From the NCBI RefSeq assembly GCF_018350175.1, contig NC_058368.1:147314001-147378000 (forward strand): DNA of 64,000 nucleotides, in the 5' to 3' direction. This document shows, piece after piece, positions 1-13,439 of this stretch. The stretch is from Felis catus (taxonomy: Eukaryota). The translations under genes were made by a program, and so were the position numbers. Under the pieces are notes generated by a model, which was not told where the DNA came from, did not search any database, and saw only the letters and a list, made by a program, of their open reading frames with translations. Positions within the stretch are counted from its first letter, which is position 1; each line of letters opens with the position of its first letter.

Positions 1-676
1 GGCAGGGGGCAGGAAGACATAAAATAAAGGGAGTCATATTTCAGGAAGGGGTCAAGGGAGAATATGACTGGCTTAGCACCAATGTTAAATGTATTTTAGC
101 AATAGGAAAAAAATTACAAAATTTTGAATTAGACTTAAAGGTATTCTTCCAATCTCTTATTTCTTTCTAGCAAAGAATCTCATTTGCATGTATTTCATAT
201 ATAGTTGATTAAGTCCACAGCCAAGAAAACCAAACACTTGTCTTTATTGAAATAGTTTCCTTAGTATCTGGCACTAGGTATCCATCCAGAGGAATATAAA
301 TATTTTGTGGTTTCTCACTGTATTTTCCACATATCAGCTGACATTTATAGTCACAGAAGTACTCTTCTGGAAACTGTCTTTAGACCTTTATAGTGTTTCC
401 TCCAGCAATTAATTTCTGGTGATAAATTCTAGGTTAGAAATTAGCACTAATTTCAATAAATAAGCTACACTCAGCATTTTCCAAATCAACTATATACCAG
501 ACCCAGTCTAACTGAAAACAATCACAATAATTAATGAAATGAAAAAAAAAAAAAAGACCTTGGAGGTAGAATAAAATGTAATAGTAAAAAGTAGTACAAT
601 TTAATCCATAAAAGAAAAGCCTGAGGTAGTAGTTAAAAATTACCTCAAATACTGTTCAGTAAAGTGTTTTGTGTTG

Positions 677-678
<2 letters not shown>

Positions 679-714
<36 letters not shown>
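679..714. repeat. (GT)n microsatellite
   Basis: Uninterrupted gt run of about 18 units. Confidence 0.97.
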
Positions 715-718
<4 letters not shown>

Positions 719-1904
719 TTCTTGTATGTTTCAATAATATATTATCAAAAGAGACCCTAGAATCATATTCCTGGCATAATTTTGTTAATAACTTTGAAAA
801 CTATATAATGAGAATAGTTTGAGAGGATGTCTAGAGGTCCTACATAATAATATAGGTCCGAACTGCCTTCTTGGTCTGGCTCCCAAACATCCCTAAAATC
901 ACCAAATAATCTGGGCAACAACTAATTCTAATTCTTCCAAAATGTTCTCAAGTTTCTCATCTTTGTGTTTATCATCTTGCATTTTGCTTAAAATGTTCTC
1001 ATCTAATAACATTGCTAATGAACTACACTTCCATACCAGCCCATTTTAAAAGCTATTTTAGCTGTCAAATCTGATCCCTGGGACTCAAAGTAACCTTTCC
1101 TTCTCTTGATATCTATTGCACTTCGTCCTCATCTTATGATGATTATTTACTGCATTATGTAATAGCTACTGGTGTGTGTGTTTTATAATCCTTTCCCAAA
1201 CATAAGTATCTCGAGAGCAAGTTCTTTATTTAGGGGTCACAGACAAAGGGGAGATTAGCCTCGGGAGGTCAGGAAGAGCTTTTAAAAGATGCTCAATTAT
1301 ATTTGTTAAATGAAAGATACTGGTGGTTTTTTCTACTCTGTGATTCAATCTTTATGCAAAGCCACAAAGAGCTTACTGTTGATCTATCACATCTAAGAAC
1401 CTAATATTAATATGGTACCATAAATTTCATCTTGGTATTTATTATGTCCTTACAGATTCCTATTTTGTACTCTTATAAAGAAAAATCAATTCATAAGTTA
1501 TTTGCTGTGAGCATAAGGAAAGCTATAGTCCTAAAAGGCTGATTCCTAATTATGCAAGCATTACTTACATTACTCATAATTTTCAAATAATAAAACATCG
1601 GGTTCTCTTTTTCCCATTCCAAGTGAGGTGATTTGTCAAATTATATCTTGAAGGAAAGAAATTTTTGAAAAATTAAAAGCTGACAGGTAAATTGCCACCA
1701 GTTTGCATATTCAAGCACAAGCAGAAAAAAAATCCTGACATAAAAATAATAGATCAGGATTTATTGGACATTTAAATAATGTTATTAATGACTAAAATGA
1801 TGGAAGAATATTCAGGAACTTAGAAGTCTGATTTCTGCATATAGCTTCTGAAATGTCTACATATATATTTATTTATTTTATAACTCCTCGTATACCTCTT
1901 CTTA

Positions 1905-2100
1905 TAAGCTAGGCACTGTTCCAAGACCCTTCCATATATTAACTCATATAATTTGAACAAAACCCCTTCGAAGTTCGTCCTATTATTACCCCAATTTTAC
2001 AGATAAGAAACTAAGGTATCGAGAGGTTAAGCAACTTGCCCAAAGTAACAGAGATAGTAAATAGAAGAGCCAGGATTGAATTCAGTTTTTAACCACTGTA
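1905..2100 (-). mobile_element. MIR SINE
   Basis: Reverse complement of the MIR core: ccccaattttacagataagaaactaagg...gaggttaagcaacttgcccaaagtaaca. Confidence 0.85.
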
Positions 2101-2187
2101 GCATGATGCAATCCTTTAAAGAATGTGTTCCTACAACATTCCAAGGAAGCATGCTCAGCATGTGACAAACACTGTAAGTAAAGGTAC

Positions 2188-2225
2188 TATTGTTGTTGTT
2201 GTTGTTGTTATTGTTATTATTATTA
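2188..2225. repeat. (TGT)n/(TAT)n trinucleotide microsatellite
   Basis: tattgttgttgttgttgttgttattgttattattatta; source of the poly-Asn in the ORF track. Confidence 0.9.
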
Positions 2226-4909
2226 CATCTCCAGTTTCTCTCATTGTTCAAAGCATCCATCCCCATATGTGTAACAGGCACAGTTTAATTTGAATGTAGA
2301 GGACTGTGGAGAGTCCATGGGACAAAACTTCAGGTTTAACACCTGTTCTGCCTGCCGTTGAGGAGAAATCTATGACCTTGGTAGAGTCATTACATTTATC
2401 ACATTATCACTTTCCTATTTAACACTGAGAATGGTATTAGCTCAACTGTTTATTTCAAGGTTATAACAAGAATAATATGTATATTAGCATTTTAATGAAT
2501 AGAGTATTCTAAAAATAAAAGACATTATTAAAAGGAAGAGGATGAAGAAAAAAAATGTCCTTGGCATTATGGTGATTGGTAAACTGCATAAAAAGACTAT
2601 CTGCCCACCCCCTTCAATGTTCATGATGTGATGGCCTAATAGCTAGCATGCCTGGTTGGGAGGTGAGCCTTAGCACAGAAGTTTGGGGTCAGGACATCAT
2701 TGTGAAGAATAATATAGCTTGACTTCCATAATTGAATAATTAATAGATGCTGACCTTAAAGGTCAGAGCATGTTCTATGATGCACCTTGATTTATCCATT
2801 TCCTGGGGCAGCCAAAGCCTTTGATTGAAAGAGAGCTTAAATGACACAACTGACGTCTATCTTGTTGAAAATGTTTGTGGCTACTACGTCAGTGAGTAAC
2901 AGTAACAAGTCCTATACCCAATTGCTCTCTATGATTTGGATAAAGCACTTGGCTTCTGATTTCTCAATTAAAATCTTACCAGATAAAGACATTATGGAGA
3001 TTTACAACATTGCCCTGAAAAGAAGTTGCCAATTCTTATTTGAAATTTGCTGTCTTTTCCAAGGGTTAGTTCTTAAGAAAACATCCTAAGAATTGCTGTA
3101 TCTTTTGCTGAGATAGAAACAAAATTGTGTCCTCCCTATTTTATTTCCCAAGCCTTGATTAAAATAAAATAAAGAGAACAATAAATATTGATTGTTGTCC
3201 ATTTTAAATCATAATTTGGTGAGTTTTATACTTTCAAAGGGAAAAATTTAATATATTCTGAAAAGGATTCTGCCCAAATTCTCAATCATTATATGACTCA
3301 TTTAAAAATTATGTGTTGTCACTGTATTTTAAATAATATGCATTATAGAATCTGCCTCCACATGAATACTTTGATTTAGACCAACTGCCTTAAAGTACAA
3401 AGTTACCTTCAAGTGTCACCCAACATTCCTATGGCTTCAGGGACTGTGGCCAAATAAATCTTCACAAACAATGACATCTTCTTGAAGCTCCTTAAGAAAA
3501 GATTTCATGCCTTCTATTTCTTCTATTAACCACTATGCTTTACTCGAGTAATCCCTCACAACAAATATCATGATTTTAGCACACAGTAGGCCTCAGTAAG
3601 ATTTAGCAGTAGTTAGCTTATCTAGTTTACCAGTATTAATTACTACAGGATTTCTAGTAGTTCTAAGAAATAAATTTCAACCTATCGAGACACTTCTTTG
3701 CAATGAATATTTAATGCTTCATTTCTTACTCTTCCTTTTATCTTCAGCTAATGGTAAGAGGGCAGATGAGAGCAAACACTCTACCATTCAGCCAATAGAC
3801 TTTTCGTTTCCATTAGAGTAATATTAATCATTTCCCCACTTCCTACCTTTATCTAACCCTGTTTGGCTTTTTCTAATCCTGTTATCTTAAGTTAGCTCTG
3901 TACTCTACAAGCTCTAGAGCCATTATTTAAGACTTTTCTGCCTATACCCTCTCTTACTGGTCTGAATTTTAGAGAACAGCTCTTTCCTCACAGCTTTTGT
4001 CAACCAAATTGGATATTAAGATGTGTTTATAGTGGTTCCTTTTAAAATAATTGGTAGCCTTACATAATAATTGTTTAAGTGGAAAATGAAAGGGAATGCA
4101 GTCTTTATATGTTATTTTAAAACTATATTTGATCAGATAATCTCTTTGTTCTCCAAATATATTTTTCTCCTCTTATATTTTATATATGTAAATATAACTT
4201 ATATCTTATATTTTCTCCTCTACTTTCCTCTACAAATCAAATGATCCCAAATCTTCATTATTATGATTAAATAGATATAAGCCCACTAAGTTTTCTTTTC
4301 ATTATAAATCCATCATGATAAAGCATTTAGCCTTTCCTACACAATCTTACAATATTAAAATTTTTCTTAAATAACTCCTCCGAACCAAGTTAGTCTCCTT
4401 AACTAAGAATTTAGTCTAAGGAGACAATGGTGAATGTTCACAAAATTTAAGACGGTTTATCAATAGAGCCAATGTTTATAATAGAGCCAATTTGCATACA
4501 ACTTAAACATCAAAAAATACAGGCTGGTTGAATAAATGATGGTAAATGATGGTATGTTAACCAGATGTTTTGTACAATGTCAGGGAATAATTTTTAAAGA
4601 AATGGAAAGATATTACATCCTAAGTGAAAAAAAAAACACAAAAGTGATCACTAAAGAATATGAACTATCTATGGATAGTATAAGTTTTATGCATCTATAT
4701 GTATACACATAAACATGCATGTGCATAGTTGTATAACAGGAGTCAAGTTAAATTGCTATCATTCTTTACAAGGCTGTATATGGCTATAGAAACATGTAGG
4801 TAAATGATAGAAAAAAAGAATAAGAGTGTATATGACTTAAGATGATAATACTTTTGGTTTGTATTAACTTATATTTCCTAAATTTTCTTCAGTACTTCTT
4901 TAATAAAGA

Positions 4910-5045
4910 AAATTCTATGTAAATTATATGTAAATAATAATTTCTATGTAAATTATGTAAATTATAAATTCTATGTAAATTATAAAATTTCTATTCTATG
5001 TAAATTCTATGTAAATTATAAATTCTATGTAAATTATAAATTCTT
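4910..5045. repeat. AT-rich degenerate minisatellite
   Basis: Shuffled units AAATTCTATGT and AAATTAT; 8 copies of ATGTAAAT. Confidence 0.9.
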
Positions 5046-5570
5046 AAATATAGATGGCTTTATCCAAGAAAAAAACAGTGTACATGCTGCTTACTTTTTT
5101 CCTGATAATGGCATTCAACAACTCAACCTAGAGATAATTACTTTTTTCATTTTCTTTTCTATTATAATCATAGGAAGAATAATTTTGCTCGTTCTCCAGC
5201 AACATGTCAACTTCCCTGACATGATAAAATATCAACATCCTGTCATGACTGCTTAAAACCATATTTTTAATGTTATTTTTAAACCAAAAACAGATATGTA
5301 ATTAATTCAATTAAAAAGAAACAAACAATAGGTATAACTGTTAGAATCAAGAGGATTCAGGTTAAAAATTAATGAACAAGAGAAAACGAAGTAACTATAT
5401 GAAAGATCTTAGAGATTATAGGGCTGGGCACATTTTAACTATTTTATGTCATCTATGAGTCTCCTATAAACCTTTTTTCCATGACAGTAGTCAAGCCGGA
5501 AGAGAAAATTTTTCAAGAGGTTAATGCCAAATTTGCCACTTAGCCTATCACTTTAAAATAGCAATTTTCA

Positions 5571-5784
5571 GGGGCTCCTGGGTGGCTCAGTAGGTTAAGC
5601 ATCTGACTCTTGGTTAACCCTCCCACTCCTGGCTTCAACTCAGACTATGATCTCACCACTAGTGAGTTTGAGTCCCACAATGGGCTCTTTGTGGAGCCTG
5701 CTTGGGATTCTCTCTCTCACTCTCTGCCCTTCCCCCACTTGCACATGCATGCATGCAAGCTCTGTCTCTCAAAAACAAATAAAT
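5571..5784 (+). mobile_element. Can-SINE (older, diverged)
   Basis: ggggctcctgggtggctcag head, (CT)n body, A-rich tail; imperfect TSD aatagcaattt(t/a). Confidence 0.9.
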
Positions 5785-6276
5785 AATAGCAATTTATCAG
5801 TTTCATGAACGTGTAGAATTATACATTTTGGCAATGCCACAACTGACCTCATGCCATTCCATTCGGAATCAGAATAAAAAAACAACTTGATGCACTTTCC
5901 ATTTTCACGTTTCTAATTTTTCAATAGATTTCCTAACATGAACAGAACATAACCAATTTTCCCCTTTTGAAGAGAGCTTTTACTTTTTCCTCCTGTATAA
6001 AGAAACAGATTACCTTCATAGCTAGTAACATAAAAATAAGTGTCTACTAAGATGTCAACATGTTCATCATATTTTTGCATTGCCAATGAAAACGAAATTT
6101 TTTTTAATATTTAAAAAGGAAAAGAAAATCAACTAACTAACATTCTGTGGTAGACTACAAACCAGCCACAAAATTCTTTCTTGCAACCTCACTTTTTCAA
6201 TACAAAGTGGCAGGTCTACCCATCAAAACTGTTATTAGCTAAAGTGACACAAACTGAGATTTGAAAAGTGCTTATA

Positions 6277-6468
6277 TTAAGCGTCCGACTTCAGCCAGGT
6301 CACGATCTCGCGGTCCGTGAGTTCGAGCCCTGCGTCAGGCTCTGGGCTGATGGCTCAGAGCCTGGAGCCTGTTTCCGATTCTGTGTCTCCCTCTCTCTCT
6401 GCCCCTCCCCCGTTCATGCTCTGTCTCTCTCTGTCCCAAAAATAAATAAACGTTGAAAAAAAAATTTA
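6277..6468 (+). mobile_element. Young SINEC_Fc-type SINE, 5'-truncated
   Basis: Starts at ttaagcgtccgact with no A-box head; perfect 15-bp TSD tgaaaagtgcttata at 6262-6276 and 6469-6483. Confidence 0.95.
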
Positions 6469-6539
6469 TGAAAAGTGCTTATAATCTGGGCTTGATTTTT
6501 CTTCTGCTCTTCAGACCTTCCCCCCACCACATAAAGAAG

Positions 6540-6700
6540 CCTGATCTAGCAGAGACAAGCTATCCCAGCTGAGCCAATTTCCACTACCCAGCACCAGTCA
6601 AGCAGAAACCTACCTGGCTCTGAGAATTGAGAGACAAATGATAGTTTAAACCCACTAAATTTGTATGATTTGTTAAGCAGAAAAAGCATAATGATACACA
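6540..6700 (+). mobile_element. MLT1-type MaLR LTR 3' fragment
   Basis: Ends tttaaacccactaaatttgtatgatttgttaagcag...tgataca, resembling the MLT1 terminus. Confidence 0.5.
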
Positions 6701-7142
6701 TCCACTATCACTTCATTCATAAAAGTATTTACACCTAAGCAATAGAAAAGGTATACTCTCAGAAAGAAAAAAAAAGGAATAGTTAGAATGGTATACATCA
6801 ATATTTCTTTTAATGTATTACATTTTTTTTCTTACAAATAAAGCTTTATCACAAATTGGCTCTTATCTTCTAGGTGAGAGAGGATTTCTGTACTTGATAT
6901 TTTCTAAGGTTCTTTGATGTTCTGTATTTCTTTTCTGAATTAATATATGATTGTCAGGGCTTGAAATTGCAAGTTAACAAATTCTAATCATTGTAATTAA
7001 CAATAAAGTAGAAACATTTTAAGATCAAGAACCTGACTGTTTATAAGCTATGTTATAGAAATATTTACATATATAAAACAAAGTAAATTTTCTGTAATAT
7101 ATACAGAATGTGGCAAAGATTTACCCTTAAATCTACCATCTT

Positions 7143-7505
7143 CAATGAGAAAAAAATGAAATCTGGCCTTTTGTAGCAACGTGGATGGAACTGGAGAGTG
7201 TGATGCTAAGTGAAATAAGCCATACAGAGAAAGACAGATACCATATGGTTTCACTCTTATGTGGATCCTGAGAAACTTAACAGAAACCCATGGGGGAGGG
7301 AAAGGGGGGAAAAAAAAAAGAGGTTAGAGTGGGAGAGAGCCAAAGCATAAGAGACTCTTAAAAACTGAGAACAAACTGAGGGTTGATGGGGGGTGGGAGG
7401 GAGGGGAGGGTGGGTGATGGGTATTGAGAAGGGCACCTTTTGGGATGAGCACTGGGTGTTGTATGGAAACCAATTTGACAATAAATTTCATATATTGAAA
7501 AAAAT
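7143..7505 (+). mobile_element. Young felid L1, 5'-truncated 3' end
   Basis: ORF2 tail (gcaacgtggatggaactggagagtgtgatgctaagtgaaataag), G-rich 3'UTR, aataaa and A tail; TSD ctaccatctt at 7133-7142 and 7509-7518. Confidence 0.93.
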
Positions 7506-8008
7506 AACCTACCATCTTAACTGTACAATTCTATTTGTTTATATGACACATATTTAATCTTTCTTATTATCAGAAAAGTATATAGATATAACTCTGAAAA
7601 TGAATCCCCTGAGTCTAGTTGACTGGGAAATTTCTTAGCAATCATCCATGGCTAGCAGCTTTTGAGCAACTATTTTAGTCTATGCAGAATAGCTCTCATT
7701 ATGATAATTTCTAGAAATATGGATTCAATCATGAGCTATCCTTCCTTATTCCAAGAAGTAATCTTAAGGGGAAAAAAAACCTGACAACTACTCATAATTT
7801 TACCTAATATATAAATAATTTAACTGAAATTCATCAAATCTCTCATTTTGCAACCAAAGTTTAGAAATCTAAAAATAGCCTTGCTGTACCCAAGAGATCT
7901 ACTTAAAGCTTGTTAACATTCTGATATTTCATGATCACTAAAAAGAAGTCTTTTAGACAATGTCTGTCTCTATTACACTACTTGATATTCTGACAGTGAT
8001 CACCTTCT

Positions 8009-8223
8009 GTTTTAAAATTTTTTCAATATTTATTTATTTTTGAGAGAGAGAGAGCGAGTGAGCAGGGGAGGGGCAGAGAGAGAGGGAGACACAGAATCCA
8101 AAGCAGGCTCCAGGTTCTGAGCTGTCAGCAGAGAGCCTGATGCAGAGCTCAAACCCATGAACCATGAGATATTGACCTGAGCTGAAGTTGGACACTTATC
8201 CTCTTGAGTCACTCAAGCGCCCC
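8009..8223 (-). mobile_element. Can-SINE
   Basis: Reverse-complement SINE with TSD acag(t/c)gatcaccttct at 7993-8008 and 8225-8240. Confidence 0.93.
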
Positions 8224-8450
8224 AACAGCGATCACCTTCTTAAAGGTAAACATGAATTTACCTATTCATGGGGGCAAGATGTACAGTGAAAATTGTTGGG
8301 CTTTGTTAAAAAAATTATGAGACTTTATTTTTCCTGGGTAAATGTAACTGGTTTCTTATAATGAAATGGAAGCAGGACAGATTAGCAGTGTTGAGATCTG
8401 AGGGCCACAAATTTAAAAGAACCTGAATTCACGTTAGAAAAGGAGTACCA

Positions 8451-8668
8451 GGGGCGCCTGGGTGGCTCAGTCGGTTAAGCGTCCGACTTCAGCTCAGGTC
8501 ACGATCTCGCGGTCCGTGAGTTCGAGCCCCGCGTCAGGCTCTGGGCTGATGGCTCAGAGCCTGGAGCCTGCTTCCGATTCTGTGTCTCCCTCTCTCTCTG
8601 CCCCTCCCCTGTTCATGCTCTCTCTCTGTCCCAAAAATAAATAAACGTTAAAAAAAATTTAAAAAAAA
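8451..8668 (+). mobile_element. Young SINEC_Fc-type SINE
   Basis: Full head ggggcgcctgggtggctcagtcggttaagcgtccgac; TSD agaaaagga(g/a)tacca at 8436-8450 and 8669-8683. Confidence 0.96.
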
Positions 8669-9329
8669 AGAAAAGGAATACCAATTCCCAAAGGAAATGA
8701 GTTTGGATGGAATATGATAGAAGAGGACGGGAGAAGACAGAACAGGATGAATAAAGCACCTTCATGTTTATTAATTTTTCTAAATGAGAAAACCTGGTCA
8801 GAAGCCAATGTAACTACAGAGAGGATAAAGAGGAAGAGCTATAAGTGAAATGATATGCTGCCTTTGTTATCCCATACTGCACTACTCTCGTAACACAGGT
8901 ACTTGGAATTTTTTTCTAAAAGTGATGATGGATTTTAAATTGCTACCAAATTCCAATGTTTATGTCTTTTGTTTTCAGACTGATAGCTAAATGTATGCCA
9001 AATAATACTGAAATATCTATATGAGTCATCTAACACAGTTTATTCTTAGTAAAACACAGGCTTAGTTTTATGTCATATTTCTGAATCATAATGATACTGC
9101 AATCCCATCTTAAAGTAAAAACCTCCCTTAGTCCAAACTCACTTTTCACGTTACTGTCCTCTCTCTCCATCCATACACAGTGAATATGTCTCAGTTTGAC
9201 TCTCTGTTCAAACACAAACTTCTAAGTCTTTCCTAATCATCTTTCCTAAGAATATACCTCTTCTTATTCTACTTCACAGTTGTCTTTATTTTTCTTTATA
9301 GAACTTCCCATGGTAAGTATGATGGTTTA

Positions 9330-9475
9330 CTGCCTAATTCCCCATTTGACTAGAAGATCTATAAGGGCAAAGCCTATTTTTAGTGGTTATATCCTTAGTG
9401 CCAAGAACAGGGTCTGGCATATAGTATATATTCAATAAATATTTGATGGATGAATAAACAAATAAATGAATAAAC
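9330..9475 (+). mobile_element. L2 LINE 3' end
   Basis: agtgccaagaacagggtctggcatatagt...ttcaataaatatttgatggatgaataa, a typical L2 terminus. Confidence 0.75.
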
Positions 9476-9504
9476 TGATAAATGTTATAGCCATTCTTTA
9501 AAGA

Positions 9505-10230
9505 CCTTATTTCTGAGAACAGTTTTAAGTTCACAGAAAAATAGAAAAAGGTATAGTGTTTTCCCATATAATCCCTGATCCCACACATGCATAAGCTCTG
9601 CAATATCAACATTCCTTACCAGAGTGGTACATTCTTACAATTGATAAACCCACACTTACATTTAAATCATAATTATCCAAAGTCCATAACTTGCAGAAGA
9701 GTTCACTCTGGGTAATATACACTATATGCATTTCGGCAAATGTATAATAGCATGTATCCATCATCATAATATTATGCAGAGTGTTTTCACTGCCCTAAAA
9801 TCCTCTGTGCTCTGGCTATTGTGTTTTTAATTTCAAATTCCACTTGTTCATTACTGGTTTACAGAAAAATGATTGGCTTTTATATATTAACCTTGCATTC
9901 TATAATTTTGCTATAATTGCTTATTACTTCCAGGATTTTTTTGTTTATTCTTTAGGATTTCTTTTTGCATAGATGATCATATCATCCATGAAAAGACAGT
10001 TTTATTACTTTCTTCCCAGTATGTATGCCTTTTATTTCATTTCCTTGTCTTATTGTATTGACTAGGACTTCCAATATAAAGTTGAAAAGAATAGTGAGAG
10101 GGAGCATCCTTGTCTTGTTTCTAATCTAAGAGGAAAATCTTCAAGGTTCTTACCATTAAATATTTTATCTGTAGGCCTTTAATAGATATATCTTTTTTAT
10201 TATTATTATTTTATCAAGTTGAGAAAGCTT
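9505..10230 (-). mobile_element. Old L1 (L1MC-like): 3'UTR joined to an ORF2 RT segment
   Basis: 9505-9820 resembles an L1MC 3'UTR (accagagtggtacatt...tgccctaaaatcctctgtgc); 9820-10230 is antisense ORF2 (gtgagagggagcatccttgtcttg). Confidence 0.8.
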
Positions 10231-10279
10231 CCTTGTTTTCTCAGCCACTTTTTAAAAATCTTATCTCTAATTCTTCCAT

Positions 10280-11190
10280 GTGCCACAATCCAGCTCTTTC
10301 TCCACAACTCTAGCAAAACTGATCCTGGCACTATGATCTCTCAGTGACAGATAATCAACATAAACATTTATCTTGGTCAACTTCTCCATTGTATTTGACA
10401 CTGCTGATAATACATTCCTTGACACACGATTTGCCTCTCGTTTTGGGGGTGCAACATTTTTCTGGTTTCTCTTTTGTCTTTTTGACCACTCCTTCTCAGA
10501 GTCCTTTATAGATTTAACTTTTGCTACCTACTGCTCAAATATTGATGAACTTTCATCAGTTTCCAACCTTTGGTCTTTTAAAGAAAAATTATTCTCCGTG
10601 TGGCTGATTCATATAGTCCCTGACTGTCAATAACTATCTGTATAATTATAACTTATAAAGCTATGCCTGATTTCTTAGCTAGTAGCTAGCAAATTCCTCC
10701 AATTCTAAAAGTACAAATCCTCTGTATGTCTTAGTATAAAGTCCCAATTCCTTAAAACATGCAGAATCTGCCACGTCTCCAAATTTAATGGGCTACAATG
10801 TGTCTTCCTTTTAAGCTCTAGCCACACTGAATTTCTTGCAGCTCGTGGAATCATAACTTTTCTTATCTCTGATCTTTTCTAAAAATTATTTCCAATGTTT
10901 GAATACTTTTGGCTTTCTGCTTGCTAGATTGGAATTAATCTTTATAATCATGTCAAGATTTTATTTTTTCGAGTAGGCATGCATTCCCTGACATCTAGCT
11001 TATGATAAGACACCTGCTTTAAATTCTTATGACTCCACATACTTCTGCTATCACAATACCCATCATATTCATCTATTTATTTATTTAAGTGCTTTCCTGG
11101 CTAGATGGCAATTTCTGTAAATTTGTTTACCATTGCATTCCATCAGATATGTAACTATTACTTACCAAGTACTCAATAGGTATTTAAGAA
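10280..11190 (+). mobile_element. Degraded L2 LINE
   Basis: Translation FSIVFDTADNTFL...TFFWF resembles L2 RT (LSAAFDTVDH...TLSWF); L2-like terminus near 11170-11190. Confidence 0.65.
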
Positions 11191-13439
11191 TATATGAAAA
11201 CTAAGATTTTTTTTAAGTCAATCGCTTATTTTGTTCTCTTTGGTTGCAGTAATATACTACGTATTTGAGTTGTAAATGCTTATACTTGTTATTATTTTAC
11301 TAGGTTAATTTGATGGTGTATAGAAGAGAATTATGCCACAGAACTTGGACAATGTAATAATTTCCCAAAATTTCACATATGAAATCTAAAATATTCACTG
11401 GTAATAGAAATTTCTGCATGAAATAAACTCGTCAACATTTGCCTCCAAATTACACAGTGCCATCCAGGAATGTGAGCAGGCCATTGAGAAGTAATTTGGG
11501 GCTTAACCACATGGTGGTCTATCTACAAGTTCCCTGGAGAAAAAGACACCATCTAGCTCACATCTGTGCAAACATTGGTTAACCTGGCTGATGTCTTCAC
11601 ATCTGAGGATGTGAAGGAGTTTTGTGTTTTTGTTTGATTTTTTTGTTTTGTTTTGTTTTTTCTTTCCTTTGATCATGGAGATGTTTTCCTATTGCCTTTT
11701 GCAGCTCTCAGACGTGAGTTGTAATAACTCTAAGAGGCTGAGAAGATTGAATTGTGGAGGTATGTCTGTATAGGGAGATGTGTGTGCGAAAGAGAAACAG
11801 AGAGATAGGGAAAGAGAGACAGATAGAGGTAAAAGATGGATACTGGAGTGTATAGACAGACTAAGAATTAAATCTAATAAAAGCAATGTTGTCTAGTGAG
11901 TGAAGTCACAAACCTGAGTGAGTCAATTTCTCGAAGCCTCCACACATAATATAGGAATGTAAGCGATACGAGGATTGATTGCAAATGCCGTATTTTGTGC
12001 TTATCTGACTCTAAATGGTTTGGGAAGGGAGAATAAAAGTACAAAATTGGATAAGAATCTTTTTGAAATAAGTAGCATCAAGAACTTAAAATAAAGTTGC
12101 TACAAAATAATGAGGTTTGAGGTAATATCAAGTAGTGATTTTTATCTCTAAGAATAGTGAATATTTGAAATTCTCCTTTCCAGATGTATTACAATGAAGA
12201 CAGTACCTGTTTGATTGTAGAATATACAGAGTAAAAATAATTTTTACAATTGGGATCAAAACAAAACCAATACAGAAAAGATTTTCTTTCCTTTGGAAAT
12301 TAATAATAAAGAGATTTAAAACTTCATATAATCACAAAATGTATATGGCTTAAAGTTTAGAAGAAAGCTTGGACACATCTCCATCTTTGGGGGACTAATA
12401 TATAAGCTGATGATACCTCAAATCTCTCTTTTAATATATTACATCAAAATATCTACAACTTTCCTGTGTGTAGGGAGGGAGTGGGTTGTATAAAATTCTA
12501 GTATACTCTATGCTTTCTGCACTGATGCTGTCTAAAGCTATAGAAACAACAACAGAAATGTCCCACCAAAGTAATCAATTTTTTCAAACTAAAAATGCAG
12601 GATGGTCTTTAATGATCTAATGTTTCATACGTTTTGTCCCAGTAAGTAGTTTTAAAAATATAAAAAAAAAACCCTCAAGGAGGATAGATATTAAAAGCAT
12701 TACTAATACATGTTTTTACTTAATACATATTCAGTTTCCCCTTATTATATGCAAGAAAAAATGGAGCTGAGAAAGAGGTAATAGAAAGGCATGTAAGGAA
12801 ATACATGTCTGTTGTAAAGAGGCATCTTATCTGACAACTGTTTGATTTCCCCTTATTTTCTCACATTTTAAAAAATTATTTCAGAGTTTAACAAAGTTGT
12901 ATCTAAGAAACCATGGATACTCTTAAACTTTTAGGGCACTTGTTTTCTATTATTTTAATGTTAGATATTAAATTAGAATTGGTGTAACTAATATGCTTTG
13001 CTAAATGACAAATCAAATATAAAATAAAAAAATATATTTCTTACAATAGTTCCTAAATGCATACCATGGAAGAATGAGGTTGCTTAAAACATAGTAAAAT
13101 CTAGAGCTTAGATAATATATCATAACTACCATATTTCTGAATATCACAAATATTTTAATAATAGAAAGTAATGAATCTGAGCAAAATTTAATTCTATAAT
13201 CATTTTATTCTCCACAGGCTCACTGAACTACATGGAATATGACAGTGTATCTAGTTTTTAAAGTGTTATTGCCCATAGTCTCATTCTTCTGATAAAATGA
13301 TAAAAACCGAATTAATTTTAAAATATGGACCAAAGAATTAAAGAATTTACTTAAGAAATCTATGAAGATACTGATTTTTAAATTATTTTAAGACATTTGC
13401 CTCCTTAATTCCAGATTTGGTTCTTAGAAATAGCAACAA

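Noticed and set aside
2027..2281. Poly-Asn ORF
   Set aside because: Produced by a trinucleotide microsatellite next to a MIR.
4910..5045. CRISPR-like or other prokaryotic repeat-spacer system
   Set aside because: No unique spacers and no cas genes; the window is mammalian intronic DNA.
8451..8540. tRNA-like A/B boxes
   Set aside because: These are SINE heads followed by (CT)n and poly-A, not tRNA genes.
11441..11502. Inverted repeat ccaaattac...gtaatttgg, possible RNA hairpin
   Set aside because: Only about 9-12 bp of stem with a ~37-nt loop; not pre-miRNA-like and plausible by chance.
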